Made by a program: the position numbers and the translations under genes
Origin: Octopus sinensis
Lineage: Eukaryota
Assembly (NCBI RefSeq): GCF_006345805.1
Contig: NC_043011.1
Span: 620,001-684,000, forward strand
Direction of reading: 5' to 3'
DNA: 64,000 bases
In this document: positions 1-11,649 of the stretch, in pieces
How positions within the stretch are numbered: position 1 is the stretch's first letter
Layout: every line of letters begins with the position of its first letter
Notes under the pieces: generated by a model
The model's database searches: none
What the model was told of the DNA's origin: nothing
The model's input: the letters and a program-made list of their open reading frames with translations, nothing else

Positions 1-107
1 TTATTTTTTAATTTTTGTACATTTTTATCATTATTCTTTTACAAAAAACAATGCAATTTTCTTTTTTTCCCCTTTCTAATTTTTAAAAAAACTTTTTAAA
101 ACATAAA

Positions 108-148
108 TATTCTTGACAAGTCATACAATGACGAAAACCGGTTGAATA
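108..148 (+). ncRNA. Decayed minimal type I hammerhead ribozyme motif (Penelope pLTR remnant)
   Basis: UAUUC-UUGACAA-GUC(AUACAAU)GAC-GAAAA-CCGGU-U-GAAUA: stem I UAUUC/GAAUA, stem II GUC/GAC, palindromic stem III ACCGGU. Core has two substitutions and one extra A. Followed by AATAAA and (TA)n. Confidence 0.5.
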
Positions 149-1457
149 AATATATATTTATATATTTTATCAATTTCTCATTTTATTAAAATTTTCTTTC
201 ATTTGAGCATTCTGCATTTTAAAAAAAATTTTCCTTACTTACTATATATATATATATATTCCTTATGAGTAGCTGAAGCCGTATTCGTTCGTAATAGCAC
301 TCTGTATTTCATACTTAATTTATATATATCGTCGAAAGCGCGATAAGCTGTGATATTCGTCTATAAATAGCATCTGTTATAAGTGTACAATGTTAAAAAC
401 TGAAATATATCAGTAGCGGATGAGAGGTGTCCACAGCGGTGATGTATTGCTAAAACGCGTTTCTGCCTATTTGAACTTCGTCAGTAATAACTAGCCATTA
501 GAAGTGGCATGCTTAGAGAAACTCAATCACTACTGATATAAAAAAAAACAGTGATTGAATAATCATTGATGTCGCAATTAGCCGGGAAACTAAATTAAAA
601 TATGTTAAGAGAGACAGAAGTTGTATTAGTTCAAAATACCAACCAATGTATCATACTTAACGTATGATACTTATATACATCGTTGAAAATTTGATAAACT
701 GTAGTATTCGTCACGAAACAGTATATGTTATAGACAACTTATTACAACAAGTCATTTTTCAATCACTGTTTTTCTCTTTTAGTAGCATAGAGCAATACAA
801 CTAAATATATCAGAAGATGAAAGTGAACATAAGAACACAATTTATAAATGTACTTAATACATGAAACGATAAGTAAATATAAAATTATTTATTTCCACAA
901 AATGTCGGTCTACTGTGAATTGTACTGTAAAGTTGGTTCATAATCTTTGTTAATACATACCTCTAATTATATTTCACAAATTACTGTTGACTTTACGTTT
1001 TGTCTACTGGTCTGTTATCGTCCATTATTGATACCCCAATTTACTTAATGAACCTACGCATAGGTATATGTATCTCATATTCTACAGTACATTGGTTCAA
1101 TTATTCTCTTACATTGGTCCAATTATTCCGTAAAATTCTTAAAACACATACACACACACACACGCGCGCGTAAAAAGACATTTTCAGTGCGGTTTTCTAT
1201 GAAGGATCTGATTCTTAGTCTTTCGACCAGTTTAGAGCTGCCTCGCTTGATATCTAGTACTAAAGAGAGCAAAGAAGTTGAAATATCTGGGTATGCACTG
1301 AAATGACAGGTGTTTTTAACACTTTTTACCTAAAGCGAGAATTTTTTCACCATTGCAATCTGCAGGGAAAACGCCTCTTTGCTGGTCAAATATGCCCTAA
1401 ACATTCGCACTGATTTAAAGTTTGTTTATTTACGCCCTGCTTCAGTTGCCACTCATA

Positions 1458-2265
1458 CGAGGGGTTAGCCAAAAGTAACCGGGAACGTTCTCTGTGAGAC
1501 AAGCCCGTTGTAGTTCAGGCGATGTCCAGTTAGGTCATACTGCCATTGAGTGCTTCTTTACTTTGCAGTGCTTCTCCCCTGTTCGTCGATTTTTGCAATG
1601 GCTGAAACGAAAGAATAGTGTGCTTCCGTGAAATTCTGTTTTCTGCTGGGAAAAACGGCGGCCAAAACAATTGTCATGCTTCAAACAGCTTACAAAGCTG
1701 CTGCCATGAGCAAAACGAGTGGTTTTCACGCTCTTGGTTTCACTTGTCGCTTGAAGACCAATCTCATTTGGAGCGCCTTTTCGACCTTCCGAACGAATGA
1801 AAACATCATGAAAATTCATGAACTGATCTTGGAGAACCATCACCAAATAACAGACGAACTTGTTGATGTGACTGGTGTGTCCTGGAGCTTCTGCCAACGA
1901 ATTTTGAGCGAATGAAAATAGTTGCAGCAAAATTCATGCTTTGCTTGCTCATGGAAGATCAAAAGCAGTCACGACTGAATGCATGTCGTGAACTGAAAGA
2001 ACAGTTGGAAGTTGATCTGGGAGTCTTTTCGAAGGTCATCACTGGTGACGAAAACTGGTGCTACGGAATTTGCAGATGTGGAAGAGGTGCTAAAAGGCAT
2101 CACTTCGCAAGAGTTCTAGTACTGCTTCCAACAGTGGAAAACGCGTCTGGACGGATGTATTGCTTTTAATGGAGAATACTTTGAAGGTGATGAGAATGTA
2201 AACATAACAAAAAAAGTGAATAAAATAATATTGCAAAATTCCGGTTTCTTTTGGGTACCCCCTTG
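1458..2265 (+). mobile_element. Internally deleted mariner-type (Tc1/mariner) DNA transposon
   Basis: TIRs CGAGGGGTTAGCCAAAAGTAACCGGGAA and reverse complement CAAGGGGGTACCCAAAAGAAACCGGAA, with TA on both sides. Broken ORFs give the mariner N-terminus (MKFCFLLGKTAAKT), KVITGDENWCY and a C-terminus (YFEGD). Most of the catalytic domain is deleted. Confidence 0.9.
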
Positions 2266-2414
2266 TATTATGTACTAGGAATTGATAAGAAAGCCCTCAT
2301 TTCATTGCTGGCGAACTTTTCCGTTCCTCTAGTTGTCAAATCCTGGATGCTCCACTGGATCAAATATGAAAGGCACGAAGTATTGCTTGTGGTTGTTAAC
2401 TTGTTCAAGAGCAC

Positions 2415-2560
2415 TTAAAACCATTTACAAAAGCATGGTTCCAGGTTCAGTCCCACTGTGTGGCACCTTGGGCAAATGTCTTCTATAGCCTCGGGCCGAA
2501 CAAAGTCTTGTGAGTGGATTTGGCAGACGGAAAGTGAAAGAAGCCCGTCGTATATATATG
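2415..2560 (+). mobile_element. tRNA-derived SINE family A, 5' half
   Basis: GGTTCAGTCCCACTG B-box-like head and GGCACCTTGGGCAA body shared with about 12 other copies in the window. Confidence 0.8.
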
Positions 2561-2636
2561 TGTGTCATCCTCCATTGCCAATGACTATTGTTGTGTCAAG
2601 TGCGTATGTGTGTTCTTGTGTGTTTGTCTGTTTGTA

Positions 2637-2684
<48 letters not shown>

Positions 2685-2847
2685 CAGTCATCTACAGACT
2701 AACCAGAGGCGGGTCTCACAATAGATTATTAAATTTTAATATATTAAACACATCTACCGACTCCATCCAGTGCATTCACTTCTATGTAAAATATATTTCA
2801 ATATGTAAAATATATTTCAATATATTATATATGTACACATACACACG

Positions 2848-2912
<65 letters not shown>

Positions 2913-2941
2913 GCATATTCACACAGATACACACATATATA

Positions 2942-3278
2942 GGCTCAGGCGTGACTGTGTAGTAAGAAGTTTACTTCCCAACCACATGGTTCGGAGTTCA
3001 GTCCCACTGCGTGGCACCTTCTTCTACTTTAGCCTCAGACCGACTGAAGCCTTGTGAGTAGATTTGGTAAAAGAAAGCCCGTCGTATATGTATAGGTGTT
3101 TGTCCCTTGCAACCACCTGATAATTGGTGTTGGTGATTCAGCACAAGAGATCAATAAAATAAGTACCAGACTTAAAATAAAAGTACTGGGGTCAATCCAT
3201 TCGACTAAAATTCTTCAAGGCGGTGCCCCAGCATGGCCGCAGTCTAATGACTGAAACAAGTAAAAGATAAAAGAAAGA
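2942..3278 (+). mobile_element. SINE family A
   Basis: Same head and body; 3' end GCATGGCCGCAGTC...ACTGAAACAAGTAAAAGA. Confidence 0.85.
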
Positions 3279-3388
3279 TACTTATATACTCAAGGATATA
3301 TGCGTTTGTGTTTTGTATAAACAGGAAAGTAGTACCCCAGTATGGCCGAGCAGTGAGGGCAAAATATAGTTTAAGAACTACACACATA

Positions 3389-4491
3389 CAGGTGTTGGAC
3401 AAAATATTGAAAACATCTAGCATCAGAGCATCGTAATTTTGAAATATCTATAAAACCGTCAAAATCTTGTTTATTTTTATGCTTTTTGATTTATTATTTT
3501 TGCTTAATATGTTTTGCTAAAATTGCTGTTTCTTTTCAGATATCATCAGAAAAAGGTAATTAAAATTCATTAAAATGATAGGATTATCGCATTTCCAAAG
3601 AGGTCAAATTGTTGGTGCTCGTATGGCAGGGGCTAGCGTAACGAAAATAGCCGAAATGCTTGGTGTATCAAGAAGTACTGTCTCGAAAGTAATGACAGCC
3701 TTTGAGAAAGTGGGAAAAACTTCCTCGTCGAAACAAAACTCCGAAAGTAAACCAAAACTTTCAGATAGGGTCCGTCGGACTCATAGGCAAATTGTTAGAA
3801 AGGATCACAAAAGTACAGTTCTCAAGATTACTGCAGAGCTTAATGACCACCTCGAGAATCCAGTTTCCACAAAAACTGTTCGCCAGCTGCACAAAGCCGG
3901 ATTTCACAGGAGGGCTGCAATCAGAAAACCACTACTTTCAAAAACAAATGTTGCAAAGCGTTTAGAGTGGAGTAAAAAACCTACAGAATCAGTCCCTAGA
4001 GCAGTGGAAGAATGTTATTTTCTCGGACGAGTCATCCGTTACCTTATTTCCGACCACCGGCCGAGTATACGTGTGTAGACAGCCAAAAGAAGCATTTGAC
4101 CTAGACTGCCTTTTTCCAACTGATAAACATGGAGGAGAATCTGTGATGATCTGGGGTGGTGGGGCTATATCTTGGAAATCCGCCGGCCCAATGGTTTTTG
4201 AACATCTTATCTGGCCACCACAGTCCCCAGATCTCAATATTATTGAGCATTTATGGTGCATTTTAGAAAAACAAGTAAGGAGTCGATATCCTCCACCATC
4301 ATCACTACAAGAACTGGAGACTGTTTTAGCTGAAGAATGGACAAAAATTCTTTTGGAAACAATTCGAACTTTGTATGAGTCCATACCTCGTAGAATTCAA
4401 GCTGTAATCACTGCCAAAGGCGGTCCTACTTCATTTTAAAATGAATTTATTTGAAATATTAAGGTGTTTCCTTTATTTTGTCCAACTCCTG
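3389..4491 (+). mobile_element. Tc1-like transposon 1, internally deleted pseudogene
   Basis: TIRs CAGGTGTTGGACAAAATATTGAAAACATCT and reverse complement CAGGAGTTGGACAAAATAAAGGAAACACCT, TA TSD. ORF 3575-4078 gives the paired-like HTH; VIFSDES follows a frameshift; WPPQSPDLNIIEHLW lies in ORF 4071-4439. The segment with the second catalytic Asp is missing. Confidence 0.92.
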
Positions 4492-4503
4492 TATGTGTAT
4501 CTA

Positions 4504-6042
4504 CACAGAACCGCAAAAGAAACGTGATTTTTGTCAAACGTCATTTTTATATGGTAAATTCTGAAAATTATTTCAGGGATGTAAGTGTAAATATTCCAAG
4601 ACATGCTGGTTTATGGCTGAGACCCAAATTGCAGGTAACCTTTCAACTTACCTGAAACGAGACACCAAAACGAAGCTGCGTTGAATGCCGTGGGTTGCAG
4701 TCGCAAACAGTTGTCATGAAAACCGAAATGCACGTGCATCATGTGGAGGTCATAGGTATAAAAATCAACATGAACCGCGTTCCTGGCATTCTTAACTTGG
4801 ACGCATCAGGTATGACCCGATTGTCAGCAGCGCAGGGAGAACACGCTATCGGCCGATTGCAAGCAGAGCAGCATGCCCTAGTTGTTGCGAAAGCTTACAA
4901 TGTCCATGTCAGCATCATCTATCATCTGCAACAGCGATACAACAACAACAACAACAGCACTGCAGACCGTGCCCGCAGAGGGTGCTCCCGAGTGACCACG
5001 CCCAGGCAAGACCGCTTCATTCACCTGTAACACCTCCATAATCGCTTCAGACCGGCCAGCGTGACATCTCGCAAGACCATTAGCATTTTACAGCGACGAC
5101 GCGGCACGACTTCGACTGACCGCCAGCAACATGCGTTGCCGTCGACCTGCTCGAAGGTCTGTCCTCACCGCCCTCCACCGTCAGGCACGACTACAGCGGG
5201 CTACACTGCACCAACATTGGTGGCATCCACAATGGAGGTCGATAGTCTTCTCTGACGAGAGCCGCTACTGCGTATCCACCTCGGATGGCAGAGTGAGGGT
5301 GTGGCATAGGAGAGATGAACGCTACAGAGACACATGTGTCATGGAGAGAGACGCGTGGGGTAGCCAAAGCATCATGGCTTGGTGTACTATAGGCCTGAAT
5401 CAGAGAATTGGGCCCCATGTGTTCCAAAATGTTGGTGCAGGCAGAGGGAATGGCACCAGAGCGCAGGGTTACGTTGACCAGATTCTAAGACTTCACATAG
5501 TACCCTTATTCGCGCGTCACCATAGCAACGTGTTCTAGCAGGACAATGCTCTCTCCCACATGGTCAGAGTCATCATGGACTTCCTGCATCAGCGCAACAT
5601 CAGAATCATACCGTGCTCGACTCTTAACCCGGATTTGAACCCAATTGAACACCTGTGGGATGAAATCCAGAGACGGCTAAACCAGGTAGTACCAAGTACC
5701 AAGGCCGACAACTCGTGTGGAACTTGAGACAGCTTTCCTCAAGGTGTGGGCATTGGTGCCAATGGCTTTTGTGAACCGTCTCATGCACTCCATGTACTGA
5801 CGGTGTATGGTCGCTCTGAACGCCCTGGGAGGACATACATGGTTTTGAACACGTAACGCCCTACAATCTCGATGTGCTGGATCCGCCCACTAACAGAACA
5901 CATGACAATGACCCATAGACTGTGGTCAAAATGCATCCAAGAAATTGACTTTATCAGATTTATCAAAATTTATCTCTGACATAATGAAATTAAAACATAT
6001 TTCACAGTCACAGACGTCCCGCGTTTCTTTTGCGGTTCAGTG
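4504..6042 (+). mobile_element. Tc1-like transposon 2, full-length with degenerate transposase
   Basis: TIRs CACAGAACCGCAAAAGAAACG and reverse complement CACTGAACCGCAAAAGAAACG, TA flanks. Motifs: HTH (4810-5030), IVFSDESRY, (stop)QDNA, PDLNPIEHLWDE. Stops and frameshifts present. Confidence 0.92.
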
Positions 6043-6376
6043 TATATATCAGTTTCTTTTTGAAAGTGTCTTGAATGCGAATATAACTATAAAAAAAATA
6101 GCTCATAATGCATTAGGTTAAGGGAAAAATGTCTTGAACGAAGAAAAGATGGACAGTCACTCGCGAGACTCGAACTGCGTATTTACTGTAAACGGACGGT
6201 CGCAGTACCATTATATCAAAGCAACTCTCCGACTTTCTGCAGCCCAAATTCTAATCTTACCAGCTGGAAAAGAAGTTTGTTTATCATATTCCGCCCAAGA
6301 GGTTTTCTTTTAAACCAATGTAACAATAGGCAATAATTTATAGCAGCATTCACATACAAGTCTCTTCGTAAAAGAG

Positions 6377-6648
6377 GGATCTTTTCGGTTTGAACGGCAG
6401 TTTTTAACATAATTTCTAGGTAACTAAAAAATTTTAAACTTCGTATACTGGTAGAATGTGTTTATAAAGCATCTTTTTCTCTTGGCTTTATTGAGAAAAT
6501 TCTATAACCCTAACCCTAACCCTGACCCTAACTAACCCTAACCCTAAAACACATTGAAATGCAATAGATCGATACTTGGGTCATAATTATGGGTGAAAAT
6601 TTCATATGACACCGCTAGAAAAAACTGCCGTTCAAACCGAAAAGATCC
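6377..6648. mobile_element. Telomeric-repeat MITE, copy 1 (internally deleted)
   Basis: TIR GGATCTTTTCGGTTTGAACGGCAGTTTTT; exact 8-bp TSD TAAAAGAG (6369-6376, 6649-6656); internal (CCCTAA)n. Confidence 0.9.
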
Positions 6649-7073
6649 TAAAAGAGATTTATTTTTATATCTCTCGATGCTTCTGCAAAAGTTACAATAT
6701 ATATATATATATGTGTGTGTGTGTGTATGTGTGTGTGTGTATGTGTGTGTGTGTATGTGTTTGCTCGTGTGTGTGTATGTAACTGTGTGCATGCATATGT
6801 CTATGCATATAAGTAAATTTCCATTTCCGACGCTGCTACCACCCTCCCCAGCTTTTGGTTTCGAAGCATTAATTTAACAGTTATTACGTAGTAAGTAAGA
6901 CGCAAATTGGACCAGAGATGAAAACGACAAAGCAAAAACGCACCAGTATTTCCGCATATTCGATTTTTTAAAATCAATTTCTCATTTTCATCATTTACGT
7001 CTTTCCTATGGCCAAGTAAATTAATAAATAAATAAACTATTTGAAAAAAAAATCTGTTACTGGAAATCTGATA

Positions 7074-7730
7074 TTCTTACATTCTTCTGCATAGTGTATT
7101 CCTACATTCTTACATTCTTACATTCTTTTGCATAGTGTATTCTTACATTCTTACATTCTTACATTCTTCTGCATAGTGTATTCTTACATTCTTCTGCATA
7201 GTGTATTCTTACATTCTTACATTCTTACATTCTTCTGCATAGTGTATTCGTACATTCTTACATTCTTACATTCTTCTGCATAGTGTATTCTTACATTCTT
7301 ACATTCTTACATTCTTCTGCATAGTGTGTTCTTACATTCTTACATTCTTCTGCATAGTGTATTCTTACATTCTTACATTCTTCTGCATAGTGTAGTCTTA
7401 CATTCTTCTGCATAGTGTATTCTAACATTCTTCTGCATAGTGTATTTTTACATTCTTACATTTTTACATTCTTCTGCATAGTGTATTCTTACATTCTTAC
7501 ATTCTTCTGCATAGTGTATTCTTACATTCTTACATTCTTACATTCTGCATAGTGTAGTCTTACATTCTTCTGTATAGTGTATTCTAACATTCTTCTGCAT
7601 AGTGTATTTTTACATTCTTACATTTTTACATTCTTCTGCATAGTGTATTCTTACATTCTTACATTCTTACATTCTTCTGCATAGTGTATTCTTACATTCT
7701 TACTTTCTTACATTCTTCTGCATAGTGTAG
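7074..7730. repeat. Variable-unit minisatellite (TTCTTACA)1-3 + TTCTTCTGCATAGTGTA
   Basis: About 19 CATAGTGT cores separated by 1-3 copies of an 8-mer. Confidence 0.95.
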
Positions 7731-8048
7731 ATGTAACTGAGTGCGAATTCGCATGAGTGTGCATATAGCTGGTATGTAAGCTTTGCGCAGCTTTGGTATA
7801 AGCTTACTAGAAATCGCCGTACACATCCACGTACATACAATCGCTTGTATGTATCCAAGTTAAGCATTAAAATGGATAGAACGAATCTAGTCGTCTCTGA
7901 CAGCTGGGCTATGCATTTAAAAATTCTGGGACACACCCTCGCAATATGCAACAATTCCATGAAAATTCAGTCTTTGATCACAAATTCTGTCTTTGATTTG
8001 GAAATCGAGAAGCAAAATAACTCGAACGCTCTGACTTCAATGTCGTTT

Positions 8049-8200
8049 AAAGCGATTATGGAGGTGTTACAGGTGAATGAAGCGGTCTTGCCTGGGCGTG
8101 GTCACTCGGAAGCACCCTCTGCGGGCACGGTCTGCAGTGCTGTTGGTGTTGTTGTATCGCTGTTGCAGATGATAGATGATGCTGACATGGACATTGTAAG
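8049..8200 (-). mobile_element. Inverted ~150-bp fragment of Tc1 transposon 2
   Basis: Reverse complement is nearly identical to 4894-5047. Confidence 0.9.
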
Positions 8201-8654
8201 TCTCTCAATTTGTCACAAACTACGTCATTATTCAAAGATCACTATTATTATAAAAACGCAAAACAAAATGATAAAAAATAATTATTATTCAATGCTGCCA
8301 AACAATTGACCATGTATAAGAGAGATACAGTTTTCGTGTATTCTCACAAAAAAAAAAACAGTACTTTCGTCTTGTTATAGTGATAAATTAGATACGTTAC
8401 ACAAAAATTCTAGTGTTCAGAAAAGTCATCTTATTGATTCCACATTTTTTGTACACGTAATAAAAATGGGTTAGTAACTTTCGTCGGGAATAATTGTGAT
8501 AATCGTTTTGTTCAGCATTTTAGAAGTTTAAGTTTTCTAATCTCCAGAAACCTTGCGAGAAATGCTTACATTCGTTTACAAGATTATCTGCACGTCTTTA
8601 TAAAGGTGGGTGGTTGCTAGAAAGTATGTATGTTTGTATGTAGGTACGTATGGA

Positions 8655-8992
8655 GGAGACGCCCTTCGGTCATAAATGGCCATGGGGTTGCACCTAGAAA
8701 GTTACCTTCCGAGGCACAAGTCCAGGCAACGTTGTTTATGGAAGGCTAGCAGTCGCCCATGCATATCAGCCTCACCTCTCCACACCACTGATGTTATCCA
8801 AGGGAAAGGCAAAGGGGCCGATACAGCTTGCTACCAGTGACGTCGCAACTCATTTCTACAGCTGAGTTAACTGGAGCAATGTGAAATAAAGTGTCTTGCT
8901 CAAGAACACAACACGCAGCCCGGTCCGGGAACGAACTCACAACTTCACGATCGTAAGCTCGACGCTCTAATCACTGAGCCATGCACCTTCAC
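8655..8992 (-). mobile_element. tRNA-derived SINE (family D)
   Basis: Minus strand begins GTGAAGGTGCATGGCTCAGTGATTAGAGCG (A box) ... GAGTTCGTTCCCGG (B box), then a central TTGAGCAAGACACTT domain. Confidence 0.8.
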
Positions 8993-8995
8993 TAA

Positions 8996-9323
8996 ACGTA
9001 TACATACATACATACATACACGCATACATACATACATACATACATACATACATACATACACATACATACACACACATACATACATACATACATACATACA
9101 CATACACACACATACATACATACGTACACACATACATACATACACACATACATACATACATACATACACACATACATACATACATACATACATACATACA
9201 CACATACATACATGCATACATACACACACACATGCATACATACATACACACACATACATACATACATACATACACACATGCATACATACACACATAGATA
9301 CATACATACACACATACATACAC

Positions 9324-9356
<33 letters not shown>

Positions 9357-9740
9357 CATACATACATATATACATACATGCATGCATGCATACATACACA
9401 CATACAGACATACATACAAACATACATACGTACACGCATACACGCATACATACATACATACATACATACATACATACATACATACATACATACATACATA
9501 CATACATACGTACACGCATACATACATACATACATACATACATACATACATACATACATACACGCATACATACATACATACATACATACATACATACATA
9601 CATACATACATACATACACGCCTACATACATACGTACATACATACATACATAGATACATGCATACATACATACATACACACATACATACATACACGCATA
9701 CATATATACATGCGTGCTTGTGTGTGTGTGTGTGTGTTTT
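8996..9740. repeat. (TACA)n/(CA)n microsatellite, ~740 bp
   Basis: Direct inspection; it generates the spurious MYVC/HTYI ORFs. Confidence 0.98.
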
Positions 9741-10393
9741 AGTGAGAGGCAATTCTATATTGCTGTTTCGGTTTAGTATTCATGAAAACTTATCTTTACT
9801 CTTTGAGATGACAGAAAATACTTCTGTGTTAATTTGACGGGAATTTGTACAGCTTAGATTACTCGACAGTGTTCGATCCATCTGAGGATTGCAGAGGTTT
9901 CATGTAATTTTACTGCTGCAATCGCGCTTGTACAGCAGATGAAAGTCTTTAATGATAGTATTTATTCGTTTTATAATCTTGATATTTTTAAGAGAATATT
10001 TTCCTTCAAAACAGCTTTGGACTGCAATCGTAATAGGTTGTATTTTCTTGTGTTTTTTTTTCAATGTATATTTAAGTTCCAAGCATCAAGATGACTAAAA
10101 AACACATCTCTAAAGCTCTTCAGCCATATAATTCTTATTACGCCAAAAAATCGTCGACATTCTTGTAGATATTAACCAGTTTCGGTAGATGTTTCTAAAC
10201 AGGAAATGACTTCGTATGAATGTTATATTATCTTATCGTATCCACAGCTTACTACATGCTACAGGATATAAAGGAAGTAACAAATTCAATTATCATAAAA
10301 TTCAATTTACAAAGAGATTTAATATGACTATCACCAATTTTTAATATTGACTATAAAATTAAAACAAAAAATTAAAACAAAAAAGTTGAGTTT

Positions 10394-10898
10394 TATATAT
10401 ATAAAACTCAACTTGTGTGTCTATGTGTGTATCTGTGTGTGTGTGTCTGTGTGTTTAACTTCCCGGCACATCTCCTAGCCAACAAATCGTAGAACCACAA
10501 AAAATGGGTCACTTAAAGTTTAGGCGAATGAAAATTGAACTGCGCTATTTCTGTTCCGAAATTCATCTCGCAAGTGCAAAAATTGATAATGTGTTTGTTT
10601 AGGCCTTATCCCATGCATTTAATAGTGAACTTTACTCAGTCAGCTGTTTGACGTGAACTGTGTTCACCAGGCGTGCAAGCATGCGTAAATTGCATGAAAA
10701 ATAAAAATCAAGATATAAAAACGAATCGCTGTAAACATTGTAGAAATTCAGCAAAGAAATGAATTTTGGGGATGTAGCCTGGAGGGTTTTTTCGTATTAA
10801 TCGTTTGGACTTTGTGAACACATACCAATTGTTTTCATAACATTTTTAACGCTTTGAATTAAATGTGACCATTTTGCAAAGCCGGGCAATACTGCTAG
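10394..10898 (+). mobile_element. Non-autonomous Helitron-like element
   Basis: 5' TATATATATAAAACTC start followed by a (TG/TC) microsatellite; 3' GCAAAGCCGGGCAATACTG-CTAG followed by T. Confidence 0.6.
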
Positions 10899-10959
10899 TA
10901 AAATATAAAATTAAAGGCGAGAACATATATTAACCTCTACTTAGACGACTTTGAAACTT

Positions 10960-11495
10960 ATTTCCTTCTAAGTTAATACAATAGGTCTAAATCCGATCGG
11001 ACTAAACTGTCCATTTTTGCCTCACCTTCTGTGAACTTCAAGTCATCAATGAATAGTAGGTAGTTAAGTTTTCCCTCCCCATTTCCCAAATCGTACCCCA
11101 ACTTTGTCTTCTGCAATATTTCACTCAAGGAGATCATTCCCAGCACAAAGATCAATGGGGATACACTGTACTCCTGCAAGATTCCTCTCCTGATTTTCAC
11201 TTCTCCTCATACTTGATTTCTTGCTGTCAATTCAGTTCTGCAACATTTCATAGTTCCACACAAGGCATCTCATATTTTCTGCTATTCCATACATTTCTAT
11301 ACTTCTTGTTATCCAAGATGAGATATCAAATCGTATGCTTTACGATGATCAATCCAAACCATGCTCGCGTTTGTGCGATTTCTCTTGCAGTTTCTGATAA
11401 TTAGTTTATCAATTAATAGCTGATCTTTCTTTCCCTGGCTCCTCTTTCGGCACCCCTTCTGCTCAATAAGTAGAAGCCCTCTTTTTTCGCGACGG
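10960..11495 (-). pseudogene. R4/Dong-like reverse transcriptase fragment
   Basis: EQKGCRKRSQGKKDQLLIDK...WIDHRKAYD and IRRGILQEYSVSPLIF...LLFIDDLK, homologous to the 862-aa ORF at 17.4-20 kb. Abuts (AAC)n. Confidence 0.85.
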
Positions 11496-11584
11496 ACGAT
11501 GCAAGTACAAGTAACAACATTAGCAACATCAACAAAATCAGCAGCACCATCAACATCTACAACAATAGCAACGGTGACAACAGC

Positions 11585-11619
<35 letters not shown>

Positions 11620-11649
11620 CGAAAGAAGTGAGAAACAAACCGGTGCAAC

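Noticed and set aside
445-490. Minus-strand CUGACGA...GAAACGCGUU hammerhead
   Set aside because: Core words are present but stems I and II do not pair convincingly; at best a decayed remnant.
7074-7730. Repeat-spacer-like periodicity resembling a CRISPR array
   Set aside because: The intervening sequences are copies of one 8-mer, not unique spacers; eukaryotic context; no cas genes.
7845-8309. 154-aa ORF as a possible host gene
   Set aside because: Its central part is the antisense of a Tc1 fragment; no splice or domain support.
8945-9752. Long ORFs of 150-260 aa on both strands (MYVC.../HTYI...)
   Set aside because: Translation of (TACA)n; the same applies to poly-I/L/Y/V/ER ORFs from other microsatellites.
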